Assembly (NCBI GenBank): GCA_964503595.1
Contig: CAZDAM010000007.1
Location: forward strand, 1-57,100
Source of the DNA: an uncultured bacterium
GTDB lineage: Bacteria > Muiribacteriota > UBA6191
Direction of reading: 5' to 3'
Length of the DNA: 57,100 nucleotides
In this document: positions 10,211-18,886 of the stretch, in pieces
Numbering within the stretch: the first letter of the stretch is position 1
Layout of the letters: every line of letters begins with the position of its first letter
Made by a program: the position numbers and the translations under genes
Notes under the pieces: model-generated
What the model saw: the letters and a program-made list of their open reading frames with translations, nothing else
What the model was told of the DNA's origin: nothing
The model's database searches: none

Positions 10211-11010
10211 TGCCCGAACAGATTCTCAGGAAAGATTTCAGGGATCGGGACCATCTGGTTGCCTATGTAAAAGAGTTATCTCCCTGGGCCAAAGGCAAAT
10301 CATCCCCTATTCTTGGCGGAGTCAATCAGGCCCAGGAGATGCTAGAGAATATAGACCCCCTTCGTTACGGAAAAACCCGCAATTATGGTGATGGGAAAGT
10401 CACAGGGCTCTCACCCTACATCCATCATGGCGTTATTGATATCAATCAGATCAGAAATCATGCTCTCTCCAACTTCTCCAAACCAGAATTGATTACCAAA
10501 TTCATTCAGGAGCTGGCCTGGAGAGATTTCTGGCAGCGAATTGCCGAAAAGCATCCCGATTGGATCTGGAATGATATCGAAGATTACAAGACAGGCTTTC
10601 GGGCAGAAAATTACAGCGAGCAACTTCCAGAAGATATCAAGGCAGGACAAACCGGAATTGCCTGCCTGGACTTTTTCATCAGTGAATTGATGGAAACAGG
10701 TTATGTCCACAACCACGCCCGCATGTATCTGGCAAGTTACATCGTCCATTTCCGAAGAATCAAATGGCAGGCGGGAGCCAGATGGTTTCTCCAGCATCTG
10801 CTGGATGGTGATGAAGCCAGCAATAATTTTTCCTGGCAATGGATTGCCAGTACCTTCAGCAATAAACCCTACATTTTCAACCTTGATAATGTAAATAAAT
10901 ATTTTGGCAGTCTCGTGGATACCCGTCCTGAAAACAATCAGATCCTGAATGCCAGCTATGAGGAAATCGCCGCACGATTGTTCCCAAATCTGGGAGCTTC
11001 CCGTGGCTGA
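10210..11010 (+). CDS. Short photolyase/cryptochrome-like protein, FAD-binding catalytic domain only
   Basis: VTGLSPYIHHG, FIQELAWRDFW, TGYVHNHARMYLASY, HLLDGDEASNNFSWQWIAS. ATG at 10210 overlaps the upstream TAA (TAATG); about 266 aa; no N-terminal alpha/beta domain. Confidence 0.85.
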   Translation: MPEQILRKDFRDRDHLVAYVKELSPWAKGKSSPILGGVNQAQEMLENIDPLRYGKTRNYGDGKVTGLSPYIHHGVIDINQIRNHALSNFSKPELITKFIQELAWRDFWQRIAEKHPDWIWNDIEDYKTGFRAENYSEQLPEDIKAGQTGIACLDFFISELMETGYVHNHARMYLASYIVHFRRIKWQAGARWFLQHLLDGDEASNNFSWQWIASTFSNKPYIFNLDNVNKYFGSLVDTRPENNQILNASYEEIAARLFPNLGASRG

Positions 11011-11428
11011 AAAACTATTCTGGATTCATGACAAACACCTCACGGAGAGCTATGAAAATCTAAGATCAACAGGCAATGACTTCAAAGCTGTCTTCATCTG
11101 GGATGATCCATTTTTCCGAAAAAGAGCCTATTCTCTCAAACGGCTGGTCTTCATCTACGAAACCGTATCCCAGATGTCTTTGGATATTGTCCGGGGTGAT
11201 ACGGTGGAAGTCTTATCGTCTCTTTCACCAGATGGGATTGCAACGTTTTTTACACCGGATACAGAAATTCAAGGCCTGATTTCAAAATTGACCAGAACCC
11301 ATGAAATTGAAATCATCAGACCAGAACCGTTTGTACAAATCCCGGAAAAACATGACTTCAAACGATTTTTCAAATACTGGGACAAAGCGAAAAAAACAGC
11401 CTTTCTGAAAAATGGAAAAGATGCTTAA
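11003..11428 (+). CDS. Photolyase antenna (alpha/beta)-like domain protein encoded as a separate gene
   Basis: GTG at 11003 overlaps the upstream stop and follows GGGAG. LFWIHD..L, AVFIWD, YSLKRLVFIYET and C-terminal FKRFFKYW resemble the photolyase N-terminal domain and linker. Confidence 0.6.
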   Translation: MAEKLFWIHDKHLTESYENLRSTGNDFKAVFIWDDPFFRKRAYSLKRLVFIYETVSQMSLDIVRGDTVEVLSSLSPDGIATFFTPDTEIQGLISKLTRTHEIEIIRPEPFVQIPEKHDFKRFFKYWDKAKKTAFLKNGKDA

Positions 11429-11431
11429 TGA

Positions 11432-12961
11432 TTACATTTTATTCAGATTCCTGAAAAATCTTTCACTGTCGTCCCGGATTTCTTTTTTTCTCTCGTATCC
11501 CATCCGATCCAGGCTCTTGTACATCATTCGAATACGCTGATTGCTCTCAAGCTTTTTCCGGTTCCGGTCCAGAAAATCCCAGTAAAGATAGTTGAACGGA
11601 CATGCCTCGGAGCCATTCTTCCTGGTGACCTTATAGCGGCAGGTCTTGCAGTAGTCAGACATCTTACTGATGTAGCTGCCCCCGGCCGCATAAGGCTTGC
11701 TGGCCAAGTATCCACCATCCGCAAACAGGATCATGCCGGAAACGTTCGGCAGTTCAACCCATTCATAGGCATCTGCATAGACAATCAGAAACCATTCGTT
11801 GACATAGCGGGGATCAATCCCGGCAAGAAGAGCAAAATTGCCCAGGACCATCAATCTCTGGATATGGTGGGCATAGGCATTCTGCCGTGTTTCGGTGACA
11901 CACTGGCGAAGGCAGTTCATTCCCGTATCACCACTCCAGTAAAAATCTGGTAGCTCCCGTTTGGCAGCAAAGAAATTCTCTTCCGCATACTCAGGCATTC
12001 TAAGCCAGTAAATTCCGCGCACATATTCACGCCAGCCAATAATCTGGCGAACGAAGCCTTCCACCGCATTCAAAGGCGCCTTTTTTTGCTGATACGCCCT
12101 TTCCGCTGCCCTGACACATTCCAGAGGGAGAAGCAGACCGCAGTTCAGGTAAAAACTGATATGCGAATGGTATAGCCATGGCTCGCCCTGAATCATGGCA
12201 TCCTGATAGTCACCAAAAAGCGGGAGACGTTCATCGATAAAAAGTTTCAGAACCTGAAGGGCATCTTCCCGCGTAACAGCCATATAAAACGGTTCGAGAT
12301 CCCCAAAATGGCTCTCAAAACGCCGGGCCACCAATTCAAGAACATCCCGAGTGATGGAATCTGTCTTCCCTTTATAAGGCAGAGGAACCTTCAGATCATC
12401 CTTTGGTGGCTTGCGGTTTTCGGCATCATAGTTCCACTGCCCGCCAACCGGTTCACCATCCTGCATAAGGAGGTCATATTTCTTCCGCATTTCCCGGTAA
12501 AAATATTCCATGCGCAGCTGTCCGCGACCCCGTGCCCATCTGGCAAACTCTTCCTTGGAAATCAGAAAGCGATCATCCGCCCGGATCTCAACCGCAATGC
12601 CAAACTTACCCTGCCATTCCTGCATGGATTTCAGGACACGGTATTCTCCCGGATGGGTGACAATGATGCGATCAAAACGGTTCTTCTGGATCTGCCGTCT
12701 CACCTCGCCCGAAAAAGACCCAGCATTTTCAGGATCATCCAGTCTGGTATATATTAACCTGTAGCCTTTCTTCACAAGCCCGGCATAAAAATGCCGCATA
12801 GCAGAAAACAGAAAAGCTATCTTCTTCTTGTGATGTCTGACGTAAGTTGCCTCATCCCAGACTTCACACATCAAGACGACATCTTCGTCCCGGTTGCAGC
12901 CTTTAAGACTTGAAATGGATTCGGAGAGCTGATCACCAAGAATCAGGATAAGGCTGGCCAT
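11432..12961 (-). CDS. FeS-BCP cryptochrome/(6-4) photolyase (PhrB/CryB-like)
   Basis: LILILGDQLS, HHKKKIAF, GGQWNYDAENR, IIGWREYVRG, YAHHIQRLM, SKPYAAGGSYI; four Fe-S cysteines in NCLRQ, YCKTC and ACPFN. Confidence 0.92.
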   Translation of the reverse strand: MASLILILGDQLSESISSLKGCNRDEDVVLMCEVWDEATYVRHHKKKIAFLFSAMRHFYAGLVKKGYRLIYTRLDDPENAGSFSGEVRRQIQKNRFDRIIVTHPGEYRVLKSMQEWQGKFGIAVEIRADDRFLISKEEFARWARGRGQLRMEYFYREMRKKYDLLMQDGEPVGGQWNYDAENRKPPKDDLKVPLPYKGKTDSITRDVLELVARRFESHFGDLEPFYMAVTREDALQVLKLFIDERLPLFGDYQDAMIQGEPWLYHSHISFYLNCGLLLPLECVRAAERAYQQKKAPLNAVEGFVRQIIGWREYVRGIYWLRMPEYAEENFFAAKRELPDFYWSGDTGMNCLRQCVTETRQNAYAHHIQRLMVLGNFALLAGIDPRYVNEWFLIVYADAYEWVELPNVSGMILFADGGYLASKPYAAGGSYISKMSDYCKTCRYKVTRKNGSEACPFNYLYWDFLDRNRKKLESNQRIRMMYKSLDRMGYERKKEIRDDSERFFRNLNKM

Positions 12962-13007
12962 GATTTCTCTTCCAAAAGTTTCTACCCAAGTTCTGTAGGG
13001 GCATCAA

Positions 13008-13094
13008 TGGCGGAAGAGGTGGGATTCGAACCCACGGTCCTTTTGGGACACACGATTTCGAGTCGTGCACGATCGACCACTCTGACACTCTTCC
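13008..13094 (-). tRNA. tRNA-Ser(CGA)
   Basis: Reverse strand GGAAGAG...CTCTTCC-G-CCA acceptor stem; anticodon arm CACGA-CT-CGA-AA-TCGTG; long variable arm; T-loop GGTTCGAATCC; encoded CCA; 87 nt. Confidence 0.96.
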
Positions 13095-13106
13095 GCGGCC
13101 AGTCGC

Positions 13107-13135
13107 ATTCTAGCCGATTAATGGACCTATTCCAA
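13107..13135 (-). promoter_or_regulatory. Putative sigma70-type promoter of tRNA-Ser
   Basis: Minus strand TTGGAA, 17 bp spacer, TAGAAT, ending 12 bp before the tRNA 5' end. Confidence 0.55.
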
Positions 13136-13181
13136 GCGATGTCTGTCTTCAAATCAAATTGGGTGACTGGCCCGTAAAAGC

Positions 13182-14696
13182 TCAATAGACGGCTTCCACT
13201 GAATCGATGTGATAGCCCCAGCGATTCAGGCTTTTATCTGCCAGGAACTGCACCCGAACCGTATCCCCTGCCACTGGTTCGGAATAGAAGTCCTCACCCA
13301 GCATTTCTCCATTCAGGCGCTCCACCACCCTGCCATTTTTTGCGGTGATTTCGAGGAAGTCTCCGAAATGATCAAGCTCGAATTTTTTGAAGTGCAGGCG
13401 TACAAAACAGGCTCCAGGAACCGTGATTTCATGGTTTGCTGTATCATGAGTCCGGTAAGGGTGGGTGCTTTGCCAGTCCAGATCCCGGACTTTCCTAAAC
13501 TCCCCTTTGGGATCCTCAATCTGAATCCCGGCCTGATTGGTAAGAAGATTATAGACATTCAAGCGAGCCCCATCCCGGGTAAAACGACGCAGGGCTTGAA
13601 AGCGATCGGCCGTTCTTAACAGGCGGGCCTTGGCTTCCATATGGTTCATGTCCGGGTAGCGGGAATAAAGCATGGCTAACGATGCTGCCACCATAGGAGC
13701 TGCCTGAGAAGTCCCGGACATGGCCCGGTACCGGCTTTTGGGCATCAAGGAAAAAATCACATTCCCTGGGGCTGCCAGATCCACCTTCTTACCGTAATTG
13801 GAAAACAGGGCCGATCGATCACGATTGTCACTGGCCCCGACAATCACCTGATTGCGGTGGCCATAATCGGTTGGATAACCCGTGGTGATATCAGAGTCTT
13901 CACGAGAGTTTCCAGCGGCATTCACAAACAGAACCCCTTTTTGGTCACAGTACAGAATAGCATCGCCCAGGTTCTGGTTGAAGTACTTCCCTCCCCAGCT
14001 GGCATTGATGACTTTGGCCCCATGATCACAGGCATAACGGATGCCCTGGGCGATCTGATCCCTGGTTGCGGTCTGGCCAAGACCAAAAATCACAATCGGC
14101 ATGATTTTAAGAAAACCAAAACCTCCGGCAATTCCGGTCTGATTATTGGATTGAGCTGCGAGAAGTCCCGTAATATGGGTACCGTGGTAATGGCGATCCT
14201 GAATATTATGTTCCTTGTGAGCAAGATTGATGCCATGAACGTCATCGATATAGCCATTGCCATCATCATCAAACCCATTTCCAGGAATCTCACCCGGATT
14301 GGTCCATAATACTTCCGGATCCATGTCTTCATGCAGAAGATCCAGACCGGAATCAATCACGGCCAGAATCACGGTTTCACGGGGCTCAAAAACCTGAAGA
14401 GCGGCATAAAGGCCAATATCAGCCCCCACAGTGCCATTGGTCCCGGTTTCATCAGCCAGGCCCGCATTGTGAAAATACCATTGCTGGGAAAACATCGGAT
14501 CTGCCGGAAGCTCAAACAGAAGACGGGTATCTGGCCTCTTATGCCAGCGAAGATTTTCAAACCGGGGAAAACTCAAAGCCGATGCAGCCGAGTAGGATTC
14601 GGAAATATAAACCGGCTCTATAAGAGAAACCGGCTCTTCGGCTCTGCCCGGAAAAAAACTCAACCCAAAAGCAAGAACACCAAAAATCTGTTTCAT
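13182..14696 (-). CDS. Secreted subtilisin-like S8 serine protease with C-terminal CUB-like domain
   Basis: Signal peptide; triad VIDSG, HGTHITG, GTSQAAP; oxyanion AAGN; C-terminal VRLHFKKFEL...DFLEI...G...F.AD CUB-like pattern. Confidence 0.88.
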   Translation of the reverse strand: MKQIFGVLAFGLSFFPGRAEEPVSLIEPVYISESYSAASALSFPRFENLRWHKRPDTRLLFELPADPMFSQQWYFHNAGLADETGTNGTVGADIGLYAALQVFEPRETVILAVIDSGLDLLHEDMDPEVLWTNPGEIPGNGFDDDGNGYIDDVHGINLAHKEHNIQDRHYHGTHITGLLAAQSNNQTGIAGGFGFLKIMPIVIFGLGQTATRDQIAQGIRYACDHGAKVINASWGGKYFNQNLGDAILYCDQKGVLFVNAAGNSREDSDITTGYPTDYGHRNQVIVGASDNRDRSALFSNYGKKVDLAAPGNVIFSLMPKSRYRAMSGTSQAAPMVAASLAMLYSRYPDMNHMEAKARLLRTADRFQALRRFTRDGARLNVYNLLTNQAGIQIEDPKGEFRKVRDLDWQSTHPYRTHDTANHEITVPGACFVRLHFKKFELDHFGDFLEITAKNGRVVERLNGEMLGEDFYSEPVAGDTVRVQFLADKSLNRWGYHIDSVEAVY

Positions 14697-14719
14697 TTTC
14701 ACTCTTTTTCTCAGGATTT

Positions 14720-14999
14720 GAGCTCAGACAGTTTTTCAAAATTTCTTGAACACTCTAAACCCTGGCCTGTAATTCCCCAAACTTTACCAGAACCGAATCC
14801 ATCCGTCTTTCCAGAGCTTCGTTTTCAAGTTCTCCGCATAACTCGAAAGGGGGCACGACCCCAGTTGCTTCACTGACACCCTTCAGAGAATCCGCAAGAT
14901 CTGCCATGAATTCCCGTGAAATCTGAAGTCAGTAGTAAGAACCTCCCTGATAAAACCTGTTTCTTCTCCAAAATACTCCTCAAGATTAGAAAAACCAAC
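14720..14999 (-). pseudogene. Degenerate histidine phosphotransfer (Hpt) domain gene remnant
   Basis: Hand translation gives FSNLEEYFGEETGFIREVLTT in one frame, then in another frame LQISREFMADLADSLKGVSEATGVVPPFELCGELENEAL...LQARV*SVQEILKNCL (TAG at 14755-14757). Hpt-like A(H)SLKG...G...LC.ELE with Asp at the His position; AGGAGG immediately upstream. Confidence 0.55.
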
Positions 15000-15149
15000 C
15001 TCCTAACCGGCAACCACAAAAAAGGCACACTAGGAGGAAATTTCAACCTCAGATCAAGACCTTTTATTTCCGCCACAACCTGAAAAAGAGTCAAACAGGA
15101 TCTCATCAGTTCCAGAACATTTCTTCTTAGAGGAAATTGATTTCAGGAT

Positions 15150-15623
15150 TCAGGATGCTGATGAGAGCTCCCATAAGGTTCTGGCATCCCATAAATCTTC
15201 ATGGGCAGAAGGAGTCATTCCCAACTCATACATCCTAAAGGTCAAAGCCTGGCGAATTTTCAGGATCAGATCTTCGTGATCCCAGGGTTTGGCAATATAG
15301 GCCGTGACTTTAACTTCATTGATGGCCCTGATCGTGTCCTCATGGGTTGCCATTCCTGTCAGGAGAATACAGGCCGCCGATGATCTGAGTCCTTCGGATT
15401 TGATCCGGATCAGAAATTCAATGCCATTTTCCTCCGGCATCACATGATCACAGATCAGAAGGAGAGGAAATTCCCCATTTTCCTGCATGCTCAAAAGGAC
15501 TTCTTCAGCCTCCGATGCCGATTCACATGGAATCAGCTTCAAAGATGGCAAAGCCTGAAGGTCCTGAAGCAGGGTATCCAGAACTTCTCTTTGGTCCTCA
15601 ATCACAAGTGCAGTCGGGTTCAT
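15150..15623 (-). CDS. Single-domain response regulator (receiver)
   Basis: VIEDQ acidic pocket; ICDHVMPEENG phospho-Asp; LLTG; YIAKPW. Confidence 0.92.
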   Translation of the reverse strand: MNPTALVIEDQREVLDTLLQDLQALPSLKLIPCESASEAEEVLLSMQENGEFPLLLICDHVMPEENGIEFLIRIKSEGLRSSAACILLTGMATHEDTIRAINEVKVTAYIAKPWDHEDLILKIRQALTFRMYELGMTPSAHEDLWDARTLWELSSAS

Positions 15624-15632
15624 GGCAATATT

Positions 15633-16979
15633 CTAAGCTTCCTTCAGGCGAACTTCAAAACAAGAGCCCCCGGAATTTGTGTTTACCCGAATTTCTCCTC
15701 CCATTCCTTCTATCAGAGATTTCACAATACTCAGTCCAAGACCCAGTCCAAACTGGTGCCCTAGTTTTTTCGTGCTGAAGGAAGGTTCAAACAGGCGGGA
15801 AAGATTCTCCGGGGCAATGCCCCCGGCATAATCCCTGATTCTTACCGTGATAAAACCTGCTTCACGCATCACGCCCAGTTCAAGCCTGGGCCGGGCGATC
15901 TGATCCTCCTGCATGGCTTCCAGAGCATTCTGCATCAGATTCAGCATAATCTGCACCAGATCCCCATGGTTTCCCCAGGCACGGATTTCCTCATCCGGAA
16001 AATCAAGAGCCAGTTCCACATTCAAAAGCCGGGACTGAAGCAGATGAATCGACTCCCTGATTCCCGGAAGCGGCGAAAAGGGTCCCTGCTCTCCAAGGAA
16101 AGGACGACCCAGAAGACGCATGGACTGAACCACATGAGAAGATTGGGTAGCCGCAAGTCCCGTATCTCTCAATCGGGAAAAAACAGCCAGAGCATCCAGA
16201 AACAAGGGCCGCTCATCCTCAAGAACCGATTGCTCAAATTCTTCTGGAGTGCTTTGGGCCTGAACAATCAGTCTGGCCTGAAGATGGCTTAATCCAAAGC
16301 GCTTCTCATAAACTTCTGCCTGAGAACGCAGAGCCTGACTGGAAAGGGCCGAGGGGGTGAGAATCCTTTCAAAATAAAGAGCCCAGTTCGGCCTGAGTCC
16401 GGAAAGGTTCTTGATCAGAAGATCCCGAATCTGCCGGGATGCCCCGGCAATCACCGCCATGGAGTTGTTCAGTTCATGCGCGATTCCAGAAGAAAGCTCT
16501 CCCAGCGAAGCCTTTCTTTTCTGTTCCTGAAGCTCAGCAAGCATGCTCTCCTTTTCAGCATAAAGTTTCTGAACCTGAATCATTCTGACTGCCCATTCTT
16601 CAAGAATCACCGGCATGAACTGTTCTGCGAGGGTCAGGCCATAAGGACCTGAAACGGCTTCTATTCCAGGATCCAGCCAGGCCAGGGTGGCATCCTTGCG
16701 GCAAATGACCGTAGTAAGGCTTTGATGAGCAGGATGAAAGCTGCTCTGAATCCCGATAAAATCGCCCTTTACCGCTTCAAAAAGAGGGCTTTCTTCCTCT
16801 TTCTGAAAATGGAGCACACCTTCCAGTTCACCTTCCAGAACATAAAAAATGCGCTGATTCCGTTCTCCCTGGCGCAGAAGAATCTGATCTTCTTTCAGCT
16901 GGAATTGCATATTTGTAGGTGAAAAATAGGTTTCAACCAACCATCTTTTCTGTTCCTGAAGAAGGGGATCCGAATTCAT
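15633..16979 (-). CDS. Sensor histidine kinase with N-terminal cyclic-nucleotide-binding domain
   Basis: LLRQGERNQRIFYVLEG...GDFIG CAP-like domain; H-box IAHELNN; N-box NLMQNA; G1 variant DYAGG; F/G2 boxes FSTK...GLGLGL. Confidence 0.9.
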   Translation of the reverse strand: MNSDPLLQEQKRWLVETYFSPTNMQFQLKEDQILLRQGERNQRIFYVLEGELEGVLHFQKEEESPLFEAVKGDFIGIQSSFHPAHQSLTTVICRKDATLAWLDPGIEAVSGPYGLTLAEQFMPVILEEWAVRMIQVQKLYAEKESMLAELQEQKRKASLGELSSGIAHELNNSMAVIAGASRQIRDLLIKNLSGLRPNWALYFERILTPSALSSQALRSQAEVYEKRFGLSHLQARLIVQAQSTPEEFEQSVLEDERPLFLDALAVFSRLRDTGLAATQSSHVVQSMRLLGRPFLGEQGPFSPLPGIRESIHLLQSRLLNVELALDFPDEEIRAWGNHGDLVQIMLNLMQNALEAMQEDQIARPRLELGVMREAGFITVRIRDYAGGIAPENLSRLFEPSFSTKKLGHQFGLGLGLSIVKSLIEGMGGEIRVNTNSGGSCFEVRLKEA

Positions 16980-18337
16980 ACCTGACCTCCAAAAGCAAAG
17001 AAAAGAAGTGTGAAACCCAGGCAGATCAAACCAAAAACAGCTCCGGTTTTAAATATGTCCTGAGATGAAATCTGTCCGCTTGCATAAGCCAGAGCATTTG
17101 GCGGAGTGCTGATGGGAAGCATCATGGCCAGGGAGCAGGCAAAGCAGACCGCAAGAATGATCGGATCTCTTTGTCCGGATTCTGTCCCCACAACCAGAGC
17201 CAAAGGCAAAAGCAGATTGGATGCCGCCGTATGACTCATGAAATTGGAGAACAGCCAGGCCAGGATGGCAAGAGCACCCAGAAGGGCCACAAAGGGAAGA
17301 TCCTGAGGAAGCAGGGAATCCATCAGATGAGCGGCCAGACCCGTATGATCCATGCCATGTCCAAGCGCAATTCCGCCCGCGACCAGAAAAAGGATATCCC
17401 AGCTCATGGTACGGATTTCCTTTTCCGTAATCACCCTGGTCGCGGTCAGAAAGGCCATTGGAATCAGGGCTACCACATGAGATGGCAATCCGTGAAGGGG
17501 GGAGGACAGCCACAAGGCCACGGTCATAAGACAAAGAAACAGAAGTTGCAGACGTGGGCGGTTCAAACGGTCTTTCTGGACCTCAAGCAGGTCATAAGCA
17601 TCCTTTGTCGGAGGAAAACAGAAGCGCAGTAAAAACCACAGAATCACCAGACCAAAGAATACTGCCGGAACTCCAAGACTCATCCAGCCAACAAAACTAC
17701 CGAAGCGGGAATCCGGAATCATACTCAGGGCAATCGCATTTGGAGGTGTTCCAATCGGGGTTCCCAATCCACCGATATTGGCCGCAAAGGGAATGGCCAG
17801 AAGCAGGGCCTTGCGGAAAGGATCCCCGTTTTCCAGCTTTAAAAACACCGGGGCCAGCATGGCCAAAGCCATTGCAGTGGTTGCCGTATTGGATAAAAAC
17901 ATCGAAAAGACAGCGCAGAGCAGCATCACCCCGAACAGAAGCCGACCCGGACTTTTTCCGCAGGGTTTCATGATACGATAGGCAAGATAACGATCCAGTC
18001 CGGTTTTTTGCATGGCTGCGGCCAGAAAAAAACCTCCCAGAAACAGCCAGATAACCGGAAGGGACAGACAGCCCAAAAACTCTCTGGACAAAACCGCATG
18101 TTCCAGAGGAAAGGGAGAATGCTCACTTAACCCCAGAATCAGACCCAGAAAAAGGCAGAGTGAAGTTGCCGTCACCGGAATGGGTTCAAGCATCCAGCCC
18201 ATCAGGGCAAAGACCAGGATTCCTCCCATGCGTGCATGGGGTTCCTGCCAGAGGGCCAGATTCCTGAAAAGAAAATAAACCCCAAAAGGAGCCATCAGAA
18301 GGAGCAGGGGAGAACGAAGAAAGATTGGCATAGGCAC
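16976..18337 (-). CDS. SLC13/DASS-family sodium:dicarboxylate or anion symporter
   Basis: FLSNTATTAM, GGLGTPIGTPPNA, FMSHTAA, LPISTPPNALAY; many TM helices. Confidence 0.9.
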   Translation of the reverse strand: MPMPIFLRSPLLLLMAPFGVYFLFRNLALWQEPHARMGGILVFALMGWMLEPIPVTATSLCLFLGLILGLSEHSPFPLEHAVLSREFLGCLSLPVIWLFLGGFFLAAAMQKTGLDRYLAYRIMKPCGKSPGRLLFGVMLLCAVFSMFLSNTATTAMALAMLAPVFLKLENGDPFRKALLLAIPFAANIGGLGTPIGTPPNAIALSMIPDSRFGSFVGWMSLGVPAVFFGLVILWFLLRFCFPPTKDAYDLLEVQKDRLNRPRLQLLFLCLMTVALWLSSPLHGLPSHVVALIPMAFLTATRVITEKEIRTMSWDILFLVAGGIALGHGMDHTGLAAHLMDSLLPQDLPFVALLGALAILAWLFSNFMSHTAASNLLLPLALVVGTESGQRDPIILAVCFACSLAMMLPISTPPNALAYASGQISSQDIFKTGAVFGLICLGFTLLFFAFGGQV

Positions 18338-18373
18338 TTCAGGCGCAATTCAGGATATGATGGATACAGATTT

Positions 18374-18883
18374 ATGATACGCCAGCTATTTTCTCAGACC
18401 AGGCTCTCCAATGGGCAGACTCTTTTTGATGAATCCGTCAAAACGCCCCTGCTTATCGTATTTTTACGTCATTTCGGCTGTACATTCTGCCGCGAAGCCC
18501 TGGCCGATCTCGCTGCCTGCAAGAGTTTCATCGAAGAAAAAGGAACCCGCCTTGTTCTGGTTCATATGGCTTCAGAAGACGAGGGAAAAGAATATTTCCG
18601 GCGCTATCAGCTCAGTGACTGCCTGTTTCATTCCGATCCCGATTGCCAGCTCTATGAAGCCTTTGGACTGGGAAAGGGCTCAAAAGTGCAGCTTTTCGGA
18701 CTCAAGGTCTGGGCCAGAGGTCTGGTGAGTGGAATGCTCAAAGGTAACGGAATTGGCCTCCCTCATCAGGATCCCTTTCAGATGCCCGGGGTTTTTCTGG
18801 TCTTCAAGGGACATATTCTGTCCCATTTTCGGCATGACAGCGCGGCAGACCGGCCGGATTACATCCGGTTCCTGCAATCTTAA
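18374..18883 (+). CDS. AhpC/TSA-like peroxiredoxin-fold protein (PRXL2/SelL-related)
   Basis: FLRHFGCTFCRE CxxC; SDP...LYEAFGL; QMPGVF. ATG at 18374 preferred because the longer ORF overlaps the divergent DASS gene. Confidence 0.82.
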   Translation: MIRQLFSQTRLSNGQTLFDESVKTPLLIVFLRHFGCTFCREALADLAACKSFIEEKGTRLVLVHMASEDEGKEYFRRYQLSDCLFHSDPDCQLYEAFGLGKGSKVQLFGLKVWARGLVSGMLKGNGIGLPHQDPFQMPGVFLVFKGHILSHFRHDSAADRPDYIRFLQS

Positions 18884-18886
18884 AAC

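Noticed and set aside
14755-14757. Possible TAG recoding (pyrrolysine or alternative code) in the Hpt remnant
   Set aside because: TAG terminates clear genes such as dnaA and parA here, and the remnant has other lesions, so decay is simpler.
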